64,000 bases of DNA from the NCBI GenBank assembly GCA_036172245.1, contig JAYWIR010000010.1, forward strand, positions 3,410,001 to 3,474,000. The letters run 5' to 3'. The stretch comes from Raillietiella orientalis (taxonomy: Eukaryota). Positions 1-13,430 of this stretch are shown in pieces. The notes beneath the pieces are model-generated. The model searched no databases. It was not told the DNA's origin and saw only the letters and a program-made list of their open reading frames with translations. Position 1 is the first letter of the stretch, and every line of letters begins with the position of its first letter. The translations under genes were made by a program, and so were the position numbers.

Positions 1-160
1 TATTTGTGCAGATAAATTCGTATCAGTTATGAAGATAGAGATTAGTAATGTTAGGCTGCAGGTTGTGGAAATCTGATATCCTGAGGCTGATTACTCTTGC
101 TGTCCATTTTTCAGCAAAAGTAGTTAGTAGCTGTTTAAAAAAACTTATTTTTACTGTTCG

Positions 161-198
<38 letters not shown>

Positions 199-1039
199 AT
201 TCTGATACAGGAATTTTTTTTCCAGTGATGTTTCAAAAGAGGAATCTCCTGTATCAAGAACAGCATCCATGACTGAGAACTTTTGGCTTTTGATTTCACA
301 GAGACCAAAAGTTGTTTCCTGATCCCACCAAACTACAAAGAGTCATTCGAGCATTAGATAGCTGTCAGGGAGAGCAAGAACGTCCAAAATGCTGTACACT
401 CAGGAGTCAAGTCCGTGGGAAAATCCGATACCTAAGACCGTGTGTAAGATGCAGTCGATTAGTACTAAATGAGGTGCTCAGAAGGATGAATAACTCCCAG
501 AAAGATCTTGCGCGATAGCTGAAGTAGGAACGGCACAAGGAAGCGGATATCCCTTCTAAGCCCCCGTGCTTGTACTTGCATGGATCGCGCTGTGTACAGA
601 TCGTTTCGAAGAAAAAGACAGCCGTTCCGGTGTAGATTGCAAGATATGACCCTCCGTAAATTCATCTCCAAAACGTAATGACATCCGACAAACGAAAATA
701 AAGGGCCCGACGCGAATTCGATATTCGCTAGCACTTTGGACACTGTGCCAGATCAATGCTGAACGTGGATTTTTCTTCTCGGTGGATTTTTTTCATGATA
801 ATTCGAAACGAAGCGAAGAGCTTCCTTCATAACTTTCCCCCTCCCCCCCTCCCTGAAACATTCAAGTCTTAGGTACACCAAAAATGATTTCGAAAATGAG
901 AGGAAGCACCATGGAGATCTAGAAAACACCCACGATTTAAATTTCGAGAGGCCTTCAGAAATCCACCCTCGAAAAGAGGAAAAAATACCTACCCCCCATA
1001 ATAATGTGGAAGAAAGAAAAAAGCGATACAAGGAGTTAC

Positions 1040-1366
1040 AAGAAGATCGGACAAGGGTTCACCATCAGCCGCGAGGAGGACGGCGTGGGGCTGCACAACC
1101 GGTCCCAGGCCAATCTCTTCGTCAACTCCCCGGCCCTCAACAGGCCCCCTGAGCGCACTTCTGTCTACAAGCTCTTCCCGGGCTACTCGATCAAGATCCA
1201 CGACTACCACCACGCCGGGCACGCCGGCCGGAGGCCCTGGCCCTCGCCGACGCTCCAGACCCGCGACTTGGATGGACCTCGCAATTACAACTCGGTGCGC
1301 GTCTCCTTTGCCAAGGGTTGGGGACCCAACCACACGCGCCGCGACGTGCTCAGCTGTCCCTGCTAA
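1040..1366 (+). pseudogene. Inhibitory SMAD (Smad6/Smad7/Dad-like) MH2-domain C-terminal fragment, probably a pseudogene or retro-fragment
   Basis: Translation KIGQGFTISREEDGVGLHNRSQANLFVNSPAL...VYKLFPGYSIKIHDY...DGPRNYNSVRVSFAKGWGPNHTRRDVLSCPC* parallels the Smad6/7 C-terminus (KIG.G..LS.E.DGVW.YNR....FVNSPTL...PGYSIKVFD...DGP.D.NSVRISFAKGWGP.YSR..I.SCPCWLE). TAA replaces the conserved Trp after CPC, conserved W and Y residues are changed to G and H, and no upstream exons or clear acceptor are seen. Confidence 0.85.
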
Positions 1367-4300
1367 CGTTCTATAAGCCAGCAAAACGAAGTGCTGTCCA
1401 TCGTGACTCAAGAAGGCCCTGGAGTCGTCGAGATCCAACGGAACGTTAAGACTGCTCAAAGCACTACGGCAGCGGTTCAGATAGCTGCAGTGGAGTTTGC
1501 GCCGATTCCATAAACCTGCTCGCTTGCCCAAAAGCTCGTGGTCGGAATTGGATCACTTTGTGTCTATCGAGAGCATCGTTCCTATGGAATCGGCGTTTGA
1601 TGCAGCTGCTCCGCCAACGATCTCCTCGGAAGCATCGTGAAGGCGCAGCCGTCACGCCGTGCAACTGCGGCGCTCATGCCTCGCGCTCCTCAACCACCTC
1701 CCAAACATTCCCGGAAACGATCGGATCAAAAGCAACGGAGTGATGCAACCGGAAACTTCGAGGCGCAGATTTCGTGTTCGCATGGATTTTCCTCCTGCAC
1801 GAAATTTTCCCCTGCCTCACAGACGACGAATTCTTCATGCTCCGGTCGAGCAGATTCTTTTCTAGAAAATGGACTCGCCTTTTCTACGTAGAGCCGCCTT
1901 CAAAACTTTCGAACAAACCCCCCGTGGGATTGAAGCGCCCCCCTCCTTCCCATATTGAACGAACCATTCAACAGTGGAAGTCCATCCTCGAAGGTGGCCT
2001 CTCCACTTTGAGGATCTCACTGCTTTCTTCGCTGTTCTCTCCGAATGCACTAGTGATTCAGCTACCTAGAAAAGGAAGCGGATCATCTTGCTTCTTAGAA
2101 ACGGCCGAGAGCAGGAAAATCCACTTCCGATGGAGGAATCCAGTTTTGGAACCTTGTTCTTCCGATTAAAGATCCCCTTCTCTCTTCTTTCTGATCTTTA
2201 GATACGTCGTGATCTTCCTGTCTGTCTCCGTGGATTAACTTGGCAGGATCTTCCAGCCCTTGAACGTTATTTTCGCTCCATCAAGAAAAATGGGAGCTCA
2301 TTCCCTGCTTTAACCCTTCGTTCGTCTTCTGTCCGCCTGCGTGTTTCAAAGACTTGCCAGGGAGATGCACCCAATTTCCCAGCGCTCCCTCGTACGTGTA
2401 ACTCGTAGGCCTAGTTCCTGGAACGGGTGAACACTCGAAAGCTGGGGAAGGGAAGAGAACGTGCAAGTAGCAAAGCAGCTGACATGTGTACAGCGAGTTG
2501 CTCCCGGCATCGTGGCAACAGCCCTTGATACGCCGTAATTGCATATTTGCAGCGTACATCGCGCAACACCGTACAATGTTTCTGGCAAAGAGTGATCGCA
2601 GCACATAAATAGCAGCTTCTGCAACCGAAAAAGCTGTGAGTAAACCAACAAGCACACTTTTCCTCGTAACTTGGTTATTTTTTAGAAAATAACGTAGCAG
2701 CTCGAATAAATGAAGTTGAGGGTGTTCGGTGACTGAAGAAGCTTTTCATCATGCAGATGTTCGCTTTCATCCAGTCAAAAAACAGTCAGCATACGTTAAG
2801 TGACGGAGCTGTTCAAGTCATACTATTTGATTGCATGTATGCATATTGCACTTGGCATAAAATGTAACACGTATGCCACCGCGATCTCCCCATGGAAAAT
2901 TGCATTTGTGGTCCGAGTAGCTCTCTCGAAAAGCTGGAGGCGATGGAGATGCAAAATTTAAGGCTGCAAGAGCGAATTCCACCAGAGATCCTTCTTTGCT
3001 GGAACGAAAAGACGGAAACGAATTACAAGTAGCATTCCTTTCACATTTGATCAGGACGAACACGCGTTCAGAGGTAAAAGAGAATTAAAGGCAGAGAAAG
3101 CTCAGGACTAAGGCAGCAGATCAAAATCGGAAAACCACGCCTCGAGGGAAGAGGTCGGAAAAGCAGTGCGCTGCATGTATTCTAAAATTGCGGGATGTGC
3201 ACCCGCATACAAAAGACAACTGCAGGCTCAAAACTAAGGGGATGTAATTATACAGTTGTCACTTCATATTACGATTCAACTGTACATCAATGCAGAGTTT
3301 ACATTGTGAACCGAAGAGATCACCGTGCGATCAACACACATGGGTGCTATTCAGAAATCAAATATATTTTATTGCTTTTATTTACCGACCTTATTTTGCA
3401 TCTCCATTGCTCCGCAGAGAAGATCCTCAGCGGTTTCCAAAAATGGCGCCTGTATTTCGTAGGTTTAATTGTGGACACCTACCTACATCAGAAATACCTT
3501 TCTCTGGTTTCCCCCACGCTGCTTTAGTCCCGCTTTTCCTAATGCACAGTTTGTTAGCTCCACCCAAAGAAGAGACGTAACTTTGAGCTTGAATGATCAA
3601 AGTTGTATATTTGCAAGAATTTTAGAGGATCCCTGCAAAGTTGAATCTTTCGATCCTCCGATTTCAACATTCAGTCGCCCACTCACTTGAAAATAACGAG
3701 ACTGAACTGAACTCTGTGAGTAACTGTACAATAATCTCTCCATATCTTTACAAATTTAAAAATTCTGACCGTTTGCGGAGGACCTTTGTACGTATCGTAA
3801 TGTCCCCTTACGAGAGGGTGACTGTCATGAGCTCCATCACACTTTAACCAAATATCGAAAAATGTGTCAACAATTTTGATAATTATATGTTATAATCTAA
3901 TGTCATGTAATATTGTTGAGGTGTAGAGTTTTACAGACAGGCAGTCACGCCCCCGCGAGATAGCCAAAACCGGACCGGTACTGACGACTCTTCAGGTCCA
4001 ACCGAGGTCCAGCCGAGTCGGCGAGTGGCGACCGCAAACAGAGTGTTAAGTGGTGCGCATTCCGTTCAGAACAGGACTGCAAAAGGGTTAACACCAGCAG
4101 GAACTAGCAAGATGAATGAAGAGGAAAAGGAAAACGGAGTAGGGAAGCATGAGATCTGTTGCAGAATAGTTGTGGGGATCGAGTCTTTCAGCAGAGCAGC
4201 GGATGCACGCAGGAGAACGTATGAAATTCCTAGTGGTATCTAACTGTATCAGGGCATCAGGAGAGAATCATTGTGTGGCCCAGAGAATTGGGAAGGAAAT

Positions 4301-5764
4301 CTGGGTAAATAAACCCTGTCAACACAGATGCCCGAGGCATTTCAAAGCGGAAGAATGCATTTCAAGCTGGATCTAAAAGGTGCTCTGACAACGGGATCAG
4401 GAAAACATTGCAGTTACTCAAGGGTGGTTGCTAACCTCTGGAAAAGATGAAGCACCGTCTTTTTTGATTCCTATAAGGTGCATTTAAGAATCACAAAGAT
4501 GTGAAAACAGCGTACTTCTACTAAGCATGGGGCAGGAAATGAGCACGCGTGGATGAAATCACCAATGCAGATTTCCAGCTTAATCAACACACAAACAATA
4601 AAAGTGGATATGATGCATAAATGATTCAAGTGCCATGAAGCATGAGCCATCTTGGGTGGGAAATTCATTTACCCATCTTCCTAGGAGTATACGAATTTCC
4701 GATAAGTGCACCTTTGGAAAAAACAAGCATTTAAAGATGCGCCACTGTAATCTTTGATCTTGTTCTCATGCCATCATCCCCTTCTCCCAACTTTCAAATA
4801 ATCACCACGCGAACGTCCCCCCGCCTTGGGCGCACGTGGCAGGTATGCATTTGATGCATTTGCATTTGAAAAGAAAATGAGTTTCATACGGCACGAATGA
4901 ACTCTCGATCTGGGAGGAAACAAGCCAAATGCTACCACTGCGGTCTCAGGAATGCATCAGGAGGGAGCAAAAAAGGAGCAGCCTCCCAGATTTTCATCCC
5001 ACGTTGCCTCAACCTCAATCGAGAATTTATATCTGGATCATTCGTACATCTGGAGGCTATGCCTTTCTCAAAGAACCGTCATAACGTGTGTGTCTCTTCT
5101 GAGAATCCATTCTGACACGACTGCTCGCAGACATGGAAAATCATAGGCACTTCAAGTAAAGCGCGAAGACAAATCGAAACGGTAAGCAAATTAATGACTT
5201 CTCTTTGTCTCGGCAGTTTGTCTTCCTCTCGATGCTGAAAAGAAAGAAGTTGCACTGAAACTCTCTTCGCGTGGAAGAGGTACTCTTCGATAATCTGAGG
5301 CTGCCTGATATTCGGTGGGACCGTGTGGTCGTCGCGGGAGTGTGGCTGGTTTGCTTATAACTCCACCCTTGATCGTTAGGATGTGTCAGAGCTCGGAAAG
5401 TTTTCCTGGCGATTTTCTTCCAGTCATGTGCAGGATTCGCCCTTCTCGCTCTCGTCAAAGCTGTCGTAAGCATGTGCAGCACAAAGCAGGCATTTCTCTT
5501 TCTCGCTTCATCAAGCACAAAAGCTCTACACGACGAAAGCAGAGAGATACAAGATGATTGGAAACAAAAGACATTCCTGAGATGGAAGTCTTTGGATCCC
5601 TCCTGACCGGGTGGCGCATATACTTCCTGCGAAAACGCCGATCGGACATGCGTTGAGTTTCGGATGCTTCCAGGGCTCCATGCAAGTTGAGAAAAAACGG
5701 GCGCTCGAGCATCCGTTCTTCGCAACGGTGGATTACTGTTTGTTCTGACTCCGTTTCGAATTCA

Positions 5765-5950
5765 GCGAGGCAGAGGACCAAATATCACCGTTGCTTGGAA
5801 GAGCGTTGGGAAGACGTGAAAAGCAGGAACAGAAACTTGCTGCAGACGAAGATAATCAAGGATTCAGCCGTGAGCGAGACATATCTGCCTCAACATTCGG
5901 TTGAAACAGTGCACTTCGGTTGTCTGTGCATCAGGAGATCAAAGAACCCA
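5765..5950 (+). mobile_element. Degenerate BEL/Pao LTR retrotransposon integrase C-terminal remnant
   Basis: RQRTKYHRCLEERWEDVKSRNRNLLQTKIIKDSAVSETYLPQHSVETVHFG resembles the BEL motif RW..EYL..LQ.R.KW....NL..G..V..KD......W.LG.V...H.G. Confidence 0.4.
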
Positions 5951-8900
5951 GCCAGAAATGCAATTAAGTGAATGTTTCTGCATCGAATCACATTTCGCCC
6001 TCACTCCTCATCATGAGTGGTCATGACAAAAACGCACGCTCTTTGCAGTCGTCGTAAATAAAGTTAGCATGTTGACACGAGTCGGTGAGGTGTGCATTGG
6101 TGCAAGTATCCGTTCCCAAGGAAACCGTCGTCACAAAGTAGATAAACTCGAACGAAATAGATGCCGGTTTCCAGTTTGTTAGCAGGGGATCGATCGGCCT
6201 ATGGAAATTTTCTAACGCTTCCTCCCTCCATGACTGCACACTAGAATCGTAGCAAGCGCACGACTATCCCCTCCAGCAAAAGCTTCGTAGAGAGAATTCG
6301 TGGACGAAAAGCATGACGCCGGAATGCTCGGAACCTCGGAGCCGCTTCAACAGAAAAATGTTTGCTTCCTTCTAAAATGATACACACGAGAGTTCATTCC
6401 CTTTTGGATGTTTGAGCGGTTCGAAACCTCATGTCTTCACTGTGAGGGGAAAAAAAACGTTTGCAGCCATTAAACCTGGCAGTGGCTCAGTCTGTTAATT
6501 GCTTCGAAAGAAAGCCAAGAACCGAATGAGGCATCCATCTTCCTCCGTGTAACTTTCCACAGCATGCTTTCATGATTCGAATCGATCGCACGTTGCGATT
6601 CAGTATTTCAAAGCAGTTTCGTTTAGATCGCAACAGCTGCTGACTTCACTTAGGTTTCCAAAAATGCACGCAAGAGATTATGTAAAGATGAACTTACAAA
6701 ATTTCACACGTGGATCTTCATTAAAGACCTAGAAGACGAGAAGCTCTCGTCGGTTCCGTGTCTCATAAAGAAACCAGTTGCTAAACGAGTTTCATTTGCA
6801 CATGGAAACTATCTGCACCAGTGGCTAACAAGGCACGGTCGTCCACATGACAAATCTTCAGCTACCGTCATAAATCTTACTTATTGCTTCGCACGATTAC
6901 TTTTTCGTGATAAAAACACATCAATCCAATGGAAAATGCAAACTAGCTTGGGAAAACAAATCGTTACCGATCATCTCGAATTGCGTTCGTCAGCTTCCTT
7001 TCGATGCTGAAAAATCAGCAGTGAGACATTTGCACTGGCGACTCACCGGCACACCTACGGAAGCTGCTCACGAAAAAGCTCATCTCAAAAAGCAGGCTGG
7101 GAAACAGAAACTCCTACAGTGACTTTTTTCTTCTTCTTCTTCTTTTACAACTTGCCTTTATCCACATCCAGCTGCTCACGGAACTCAGAAACACACGGTG
7201 ACGCGGAAAGGGAAGGTCGACAGGAATCGGACAGAGCATCTTGGGTAGGCGAAGCAGAAGACAAAGGCAAGAGAACAGCAAGTGAAGTTGTACCGAAGGT
7301 CTCCACCTAACACTGAAAGTTTGGCCTTTTGCTTAGATCCCAGAAACAGATAAGAAGACTCGAATGGGAATGGGGTTGCAGCAACCAAAGGGCGCATGGA
7401 CGAGGACTCCAAGTACGAGTGACGTGCAAGTGGATACGCACCCGATGAGCAATGCAAAAAGTGGCGTACGCCAGAGGTGATCGGAATGATCAGTGTTCGG
7501 AGATTCAATTCGCTTAATGGTCCCTACAGTGGAATGTTCCACTTGCAGGGTGTGCCGAGAAACCCTGAAAGACTCCCCATTTGCTTCTTAATCTTTGAAG
7601 AGAAAGACAGCTTCTGAGTAGGTTAGGAAACTGCCTGTTCCATCAATTACTGGATTAAGGATGTTCAGTTCCATTCTTCACTCCTCTAACTCCGCCGTAC
7701 ACCTTAGCATCTCACCTTTCATGAAAAGTACTACATTTCCACGTCTGTCCCAGCTTTTCAAAGGACAAAGGCTGCTCCATCCCTGTTGCGATTGCTGTTC
7801 GTGGCAGCTGCCAAAACCCTTTTGAGACTTTTTCCTCCACGACCTCGGGTCGCCTTTTCATCCTCAAATGCAAGCCATTTCCTCCTTCATTCCTTCCAAG
7901 CAGCGATTATATTTTAACCTTTTGATTCTTGCTACGACCTTCAAAAAATGGAAGGTCGTCTATTCCGACATAGACGATTAGGAATTTTCACCAATTGGGC
8001 ATCCCACGTTCAGTTCTGGACGTCTCTTTTGCGAAAGAGAGCATAGTCAGGGCTCTGATCGCTGAGTTCCATACAAAAAAGCCATGAAATAGCAGCGATT
8101 TATTAGCGAGAAAAACACATTTTTACTAACAGGAGGTCTTTTGCTTGAAGAAGGAAAAAAAAAAAAAAGGAAGACTTATGAAGATGCATTATATTCTGCA
8201 TTTCTGTATGCATTACATGTATGCCTTCATCTATATGCAAGGCAGAGGTATGCAGCAAAAAAAGTTAATCCGAGCATTCGAAGGGCAACGTGTCTGCAGG
8301 AGCTTTCCTAAGGTTCAATCTCATATATTTTTCAAATTGTGGTTTGAGAAATATATGAGAATAAGAGTAACGGCGGAAAATCCTTATTTCTCCCCTCATA
8401 ATGAGCATTTCCCAGATGCGTAAAAATTCGTTGAGACGTACAGCACGTGCTGTAAGAATCCTTCCCCATTTGTTAACTCCTTTGAGCTGCCAAAGTCACA
8501 AAAATCCTTCGCTTCGTTTATAAAATTATCAAAAGGAGACAGCAAAAGAGACACAGGAAGGAGTGAAAATAAATTTCTCGGCGCATGGCTGAGATGCACA
8601 AAATAAAACGCTGCTGACATCAGACATGACTGACGCTGTAGCAATCAGCACCCTCAAATGGCAGGAGCAGGCGAACTGTCGAAGTATGAATGAAGGTCTT
8701 GAGAGCTCCTGTTTGCTGGAAGAGAACGTCTACATCCTTGGGATGCTTCTGTTGCTTCCATGTGATGCTGACTGAAAATTAAAATATTTCTTGAACACGA
8801 TGTGAAAGAATGGCGAAACGAAGGGGGAAGTAATCCCCAAAGAAAACGAATGGAAGTATTTTCGAAAGAGCAGGAGCGAGATGCTCTTTAAAGTTCCCTC

Positions 8901-11900
8901 AGGCAGAGTGGTGAAGATGTGAGAAATGAGGAAAGAATGAAGCCTATTGGAAAATTGGAACGAATCATCGGTGGCTCAGTTTCCACGAAGTATTTGGTGG
9001 ACTTCCTTTTTTTTGCTTGGGTTTGCTAGTCGCTTGCAAAGAGTTCCAGAAATCGTTCCACGGGAAGCACAGATCATAGGGGAACGCTGAAAAACGTGGT
9101 CCCCGCATGCTGGAGAGAGTCGTTTTTTGTGCGTGAGCGCGTTTTTGTTAGAAAAAAAAAAAAAAAAAACCGTTTTGATTCACTCTGTTCCGTGAGAGAA
9201 ACTGGAAATTTGTTATGCCTCAGATTGAATTTTTGAAGAATGTGTCAGATTTGGGAGGCAGTAATGGCAGATACTTGAAGTTCAGAGGGAAGCCATTTGA
9301 ATTCAACTTGCGGTCCAATCCTTTTATCACTACATTATGCAGTGAAGAAGTTTAGAAAAGGGATTTGTGTACTGAGTGAAAAAACATCCTTGTCAAAAAA
9401 AAAAAAAACACCCACACACATTTCTCTACCCCACAAATGAGCTTCTGATGAAAGATGTTAGATGAAATAAGCAAGCCATAATGCGTTGATCTCATTTCCG
9501 GAGCTTCTGAATCACCCAGATAGCGGATAGTGGATGAACTGTAATTGGATAAAAATGCAAGTCGAATAGAGGTGACTCTGGACCATGCAGATCAGATCGT
9601 TTGCTCCCAACAAACTTCTTATGCCACTTTAAAACCATGAGATTTTTCCGGGTAGATTATGTGAAAGATATTTGAAATCAAATGCCGTGGATATTCCCGA
9701 AACGAGTGATTTTTAGAAGTAATGAGTTGGGATACCAATTAGCATGTGTTTTATCATTGATTTTCTATTTTCTATCATTGTTTTATCAGAGTTGCCCACA
9801 AACGTCAATGCAGATCAGTGACGACGAAGTTGACCGTTGTTCCCTGAGCACTTAATCCCACATTCTAGATTGAATCATCTCCAGGAAACGCGATACCGAC
9901 AACCATTAACAAAGCTCTGCAGATGTGGATGCCTAATTTGCCACATCTGAGAACGTCACAGTTTTCTTATACGCTTTCCATGGTACTCCGGTAGAAATAA
10001 TTGATACAAATTGCCAGACTCACGTTCGTGATCGAAAATAATGAAATCCATTTCGAACAGGGGAGATAATGGAGAAGAGGCTGAGAATTTGATCGAAAAC
10101 TGCGGATAGCAAGCCATACCGAGATTAATAAGTGTCAGAGTGTGTCAGAGGGAACTGTTCTTCGGTTGGACTGGGGTACTCTGTGGTTACCCACAATAAA
10201 GGGGGCAATGAAACGGACGCCTGTTTGTTTGCACAGACAGGAAGGAATTCGAAACGAAATGAAGTGGAAAAGCTGGAATAAAAAAAAAAAAAAAAACCAT
10301 AAAGATGATGCTTTTGTTCTTTATTTTTAGTTTCCTTTTTCCCCCTTTTTTCAGAAGGAAAAAAAAATGTGCTTTTATGGATGTGCTCTTTCAGCTCCAG
10401 GATGAACATTCCCAGCTGCGAGCTGGAAAATAAAGTGTTCTGCACATTCGGGAAACTGAGTGCTCTAACAAATACGGAACCACAGCCTACTATGGATTTA
10501 AAATAAACCCCTCTCCAAACTTTCCATCCTTTTTGCCCTTTCGTACAGAATCGAAGAACTTGGTGCAAATCTTCCTTCAGCAAATATGTCAGTCTCCTCA
10601 TCTACGAAAGGGATGGTTTGCCGTTGGTTTTCAATGAAATGTATCTGAGTAACATTCTCAAGATTACTTTCCCAATGCGATGGACAGTCTCACTCCTGGA
10701 ATCACTAATTTAATAATTATTTGCATTAATTGTGCTTGAAAGGCTAATAACATCCTTAGAGGATCTCGGAAATTCCATGAAATCTATTAGTTCCAAGCAA
10801 GAATTCCATATGGCAGTTCGCGTTTTCCAGAGATCCGCCCGTGTCTTCTGCATCGATAACCATATCAGTTACAAATTCCTCCAAAGAAGGAAGAAGGGTA
10901 TGGATCACGAGCTCGAAGATATTCACAGCATCATGCGACTCTCGGAAGCATGCTCTTGGAACTGGTAAACTAAACGACACGAAATCGGTAATTAAAGTGG
11001 ACTTTAGCTGCAGTAGAATGAGTTTGAGAAGAATCCTACCACACTGCCAAAAATAGCAGCCTCCTCAGAATAAAAACGGACGAAAAACAAACAAGACACA
11101 TGGATTACATGAAAGTTCCAAGGAAACTAAGAGGACACTCATTTGTACCAAGTGCCCTATGATTATCATTAATCATCCAATCATTCCGGGAAACGGAAGC
11201 TGAAGATTCGGTTACTGGTGCAAGCATCCAGCGATGCATCTCAGATCCTTCGAATGGAGCTGACCTTGGAAACAACCCTGAAATGAACCGATAAAAGTGT
11301 GTGCACGACGCTGTGATGAATTGCCGCAGGAAAGTCAACAGCCCTGTTGTCGCATATTCAGCAGATGGCAGCCCTCTGGTTGCGAGGGTCCTCCTCACAA
11401 CAGCCTTCAAGCCATCGCAGGAGAACCTCGTCAAACTGTTTGGTAGACTGGACAAAAACAACCGGGACTAGATCCTTGCTTTGTAGAAGAGGGGAGCAAA
11501 CTTGCCTTCGAGTCATCGCTTACGGACGAATCCCTCGTGCGCATGAGGTCATTCCTGGCGGGCCGTAGCTATGTTAGGAAGAACCAAAAAAAATCTGCTC
11601 ACGAAACATGTGCATGCTGCTCGGGAAACGCCTTTTTTCGGACACAGGGTGAACCTAAATGCACTTTCGAAATTCGAGTCTCACTATTTCGTTTTAAAGG
11701 GCTTCTTTTCTTTCAGGACGGCGGACTCCGTCGTCTGTCTAATCATGCTTTTCCTTCCATGACGTCACATTCTGTGAACAGCGCCCCGAATCGGGTCTTG
11801 CTAATTGCTGATTGCTACTTACTTCTTCGATTTACACATTAAGTAATAGTGATTTCTCCTTTAGCACCCTCATCCTCATTCTGAAAAAGAGTTCAAAGGT

Positions 11901-13299
11901 AGGTCGTCTTCAACGTATGGATGGCTGCGCTTCTTTGTAAGCACTCCAAGTAAAATCCCTTTGGTTCGCAGGTAGAAAAGCGTGATCTCAGCACTTACGT
12001 TTTTTTTTTTTCCCTCTCCGAAAGACAGCCGCTCTTCAGACTGCGGCCTAACTTCACACTGAGGGAAGTTTGCACTCAAGGCAGACTTTTTCCCATCACA
12101 AAAGATGCCAGTGTTTCAGAAAAAAATTGGCTAGTAATCTTATTTCGAGTGACGGTCCTAAAGAAACATCCACGGGTGTCAGTCATGGGATCTGAAAATC
12201 CGCTTTTCGAACTGAAACCCAACGACGAGACGAACTCCATCACACATGAAAAATGCGGTCGCTGTTGACCAACAGGATCAGGGTCGGAATTACCGTTCCG
12301 GGAGTGGCCTCTAGTTGGTGGATGGAGCATTCGTGATAGCCGCAAATGGTAATTCAATGGTTGCCTTATTTTTCTGTTGTATCTTTAGAATCTGATCTGA
12401 ACTTTAATTCGGCTTCCCGATAACCAAGAGGGCGATGGTGAAAGAAATTGCATTAACGCATTAACTCAATTTCTTAATGCATTCCTACGCATTGCTTCCA
12501 ACTAAGAAAATCCCAGAGTTATACAAGAAAACCAATCAGCGATCGATAGCGATCCATATTTTCTTTAAAACCCTAATTTACTTGGTACGAAATCCAGATA
12601 AATGAATCAAAGGATGAGCCTGTGTCCTCCAACGAAATGCGAGATCTACTGTGTGAAACGAAAAATGAATGCAAGCAAAGCTAAGATATGGTTTCATATA
12701 TTCTTCCAGCCTGAAAAGGATCGCCTTTATTGACCAATGCTAATTATCATTCCATCTTTTCAGTCTGCAGAAGCTGTGCAAGTAGAAAAACGTCTATTCT
12801 ACACCTCAGTTTTGAAAATCCTCATCCATCATTAGGGTGTTTCTTGATATCTGTTCACTCGGATCCGCTGTATCCGGCTGGAGCCTTTCCTTTAAAGAGC
12901 TTTTCAATATATAGATGGTTCATTTCTCGAATGCTGCCCTCATGTAATCAAGACGTGTGGAAAGCAATGCATGAACTATGCACAGTCGATATCCGTCGCT
13001 CTCAAAACAAATGCGTCTCTCTCTTGATCCTGTAGAGAATTCCCAGGTTAGCCGCACTGGCTCTGCAAGTTCCAAGAGTCCGGATAAAATGAAGTGGATG
13101 AGCTGTTAGATGAGCCAAGATAATTTTCTGATGAACCGAGCTTAAGGCTTACCCCGAGTCAGTACGTATCCAGCATCGCAAATGGGAAGATTCTTTCATT
13201 GAACGTATCCGGTAAGTGACAAACTTGGTATCAAATTCTTTAACATTCCTTGTAACCGTTGGGGCATTTCATTTTGATTTCGGATTGCTGGTTCCGTGA

Positions 13300-13430
13300 T
13301 CTGGTCCAGTGATTATCAGTTTATGGAATCGGTGGGACCTCCTGTGCCCTGCAAAGAATTTTGTACAAAGCCCTTTCTGCAAATCGATGCAAATCAGAAT
13401 TGTGGTTTCCTGGATCGAAGAGTAGCATAT
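13300..13430 (+). mobile_element. Degenerate LINE reverse transcriptase fragment (motifs 1-2)
   Basis: SSDYQF...PVPCKEF...IDANQNCGFLDRR resembles S.YRP.....P.K.F......D.NQ.GFR..R. Confidence 0.35.

Noticed and set aside
297..340. HRDQKLFPDPTK resembles the cytochrome P450 HRDP..FPDP motif
   Set aside because: No following F.PERF or heme-binding FxxGxRxCxG motif in any nearby frame
4020..4570. PBS-like TGGCGACCG and FKLDLKGA resembling a Ty3/gypsy RT
   Set aside because: No paired LTRs, and the motifs are too sparse to call; a very old remnant remains possible
8955..8980. RIIGG trypsin activation-site-like peptide; also a 13-nt U6-like string AAAATTGGAACGA
   Set aside because: No downstream TAAHC or GDSGG exons and no extension of the U6 match; consistent with chance
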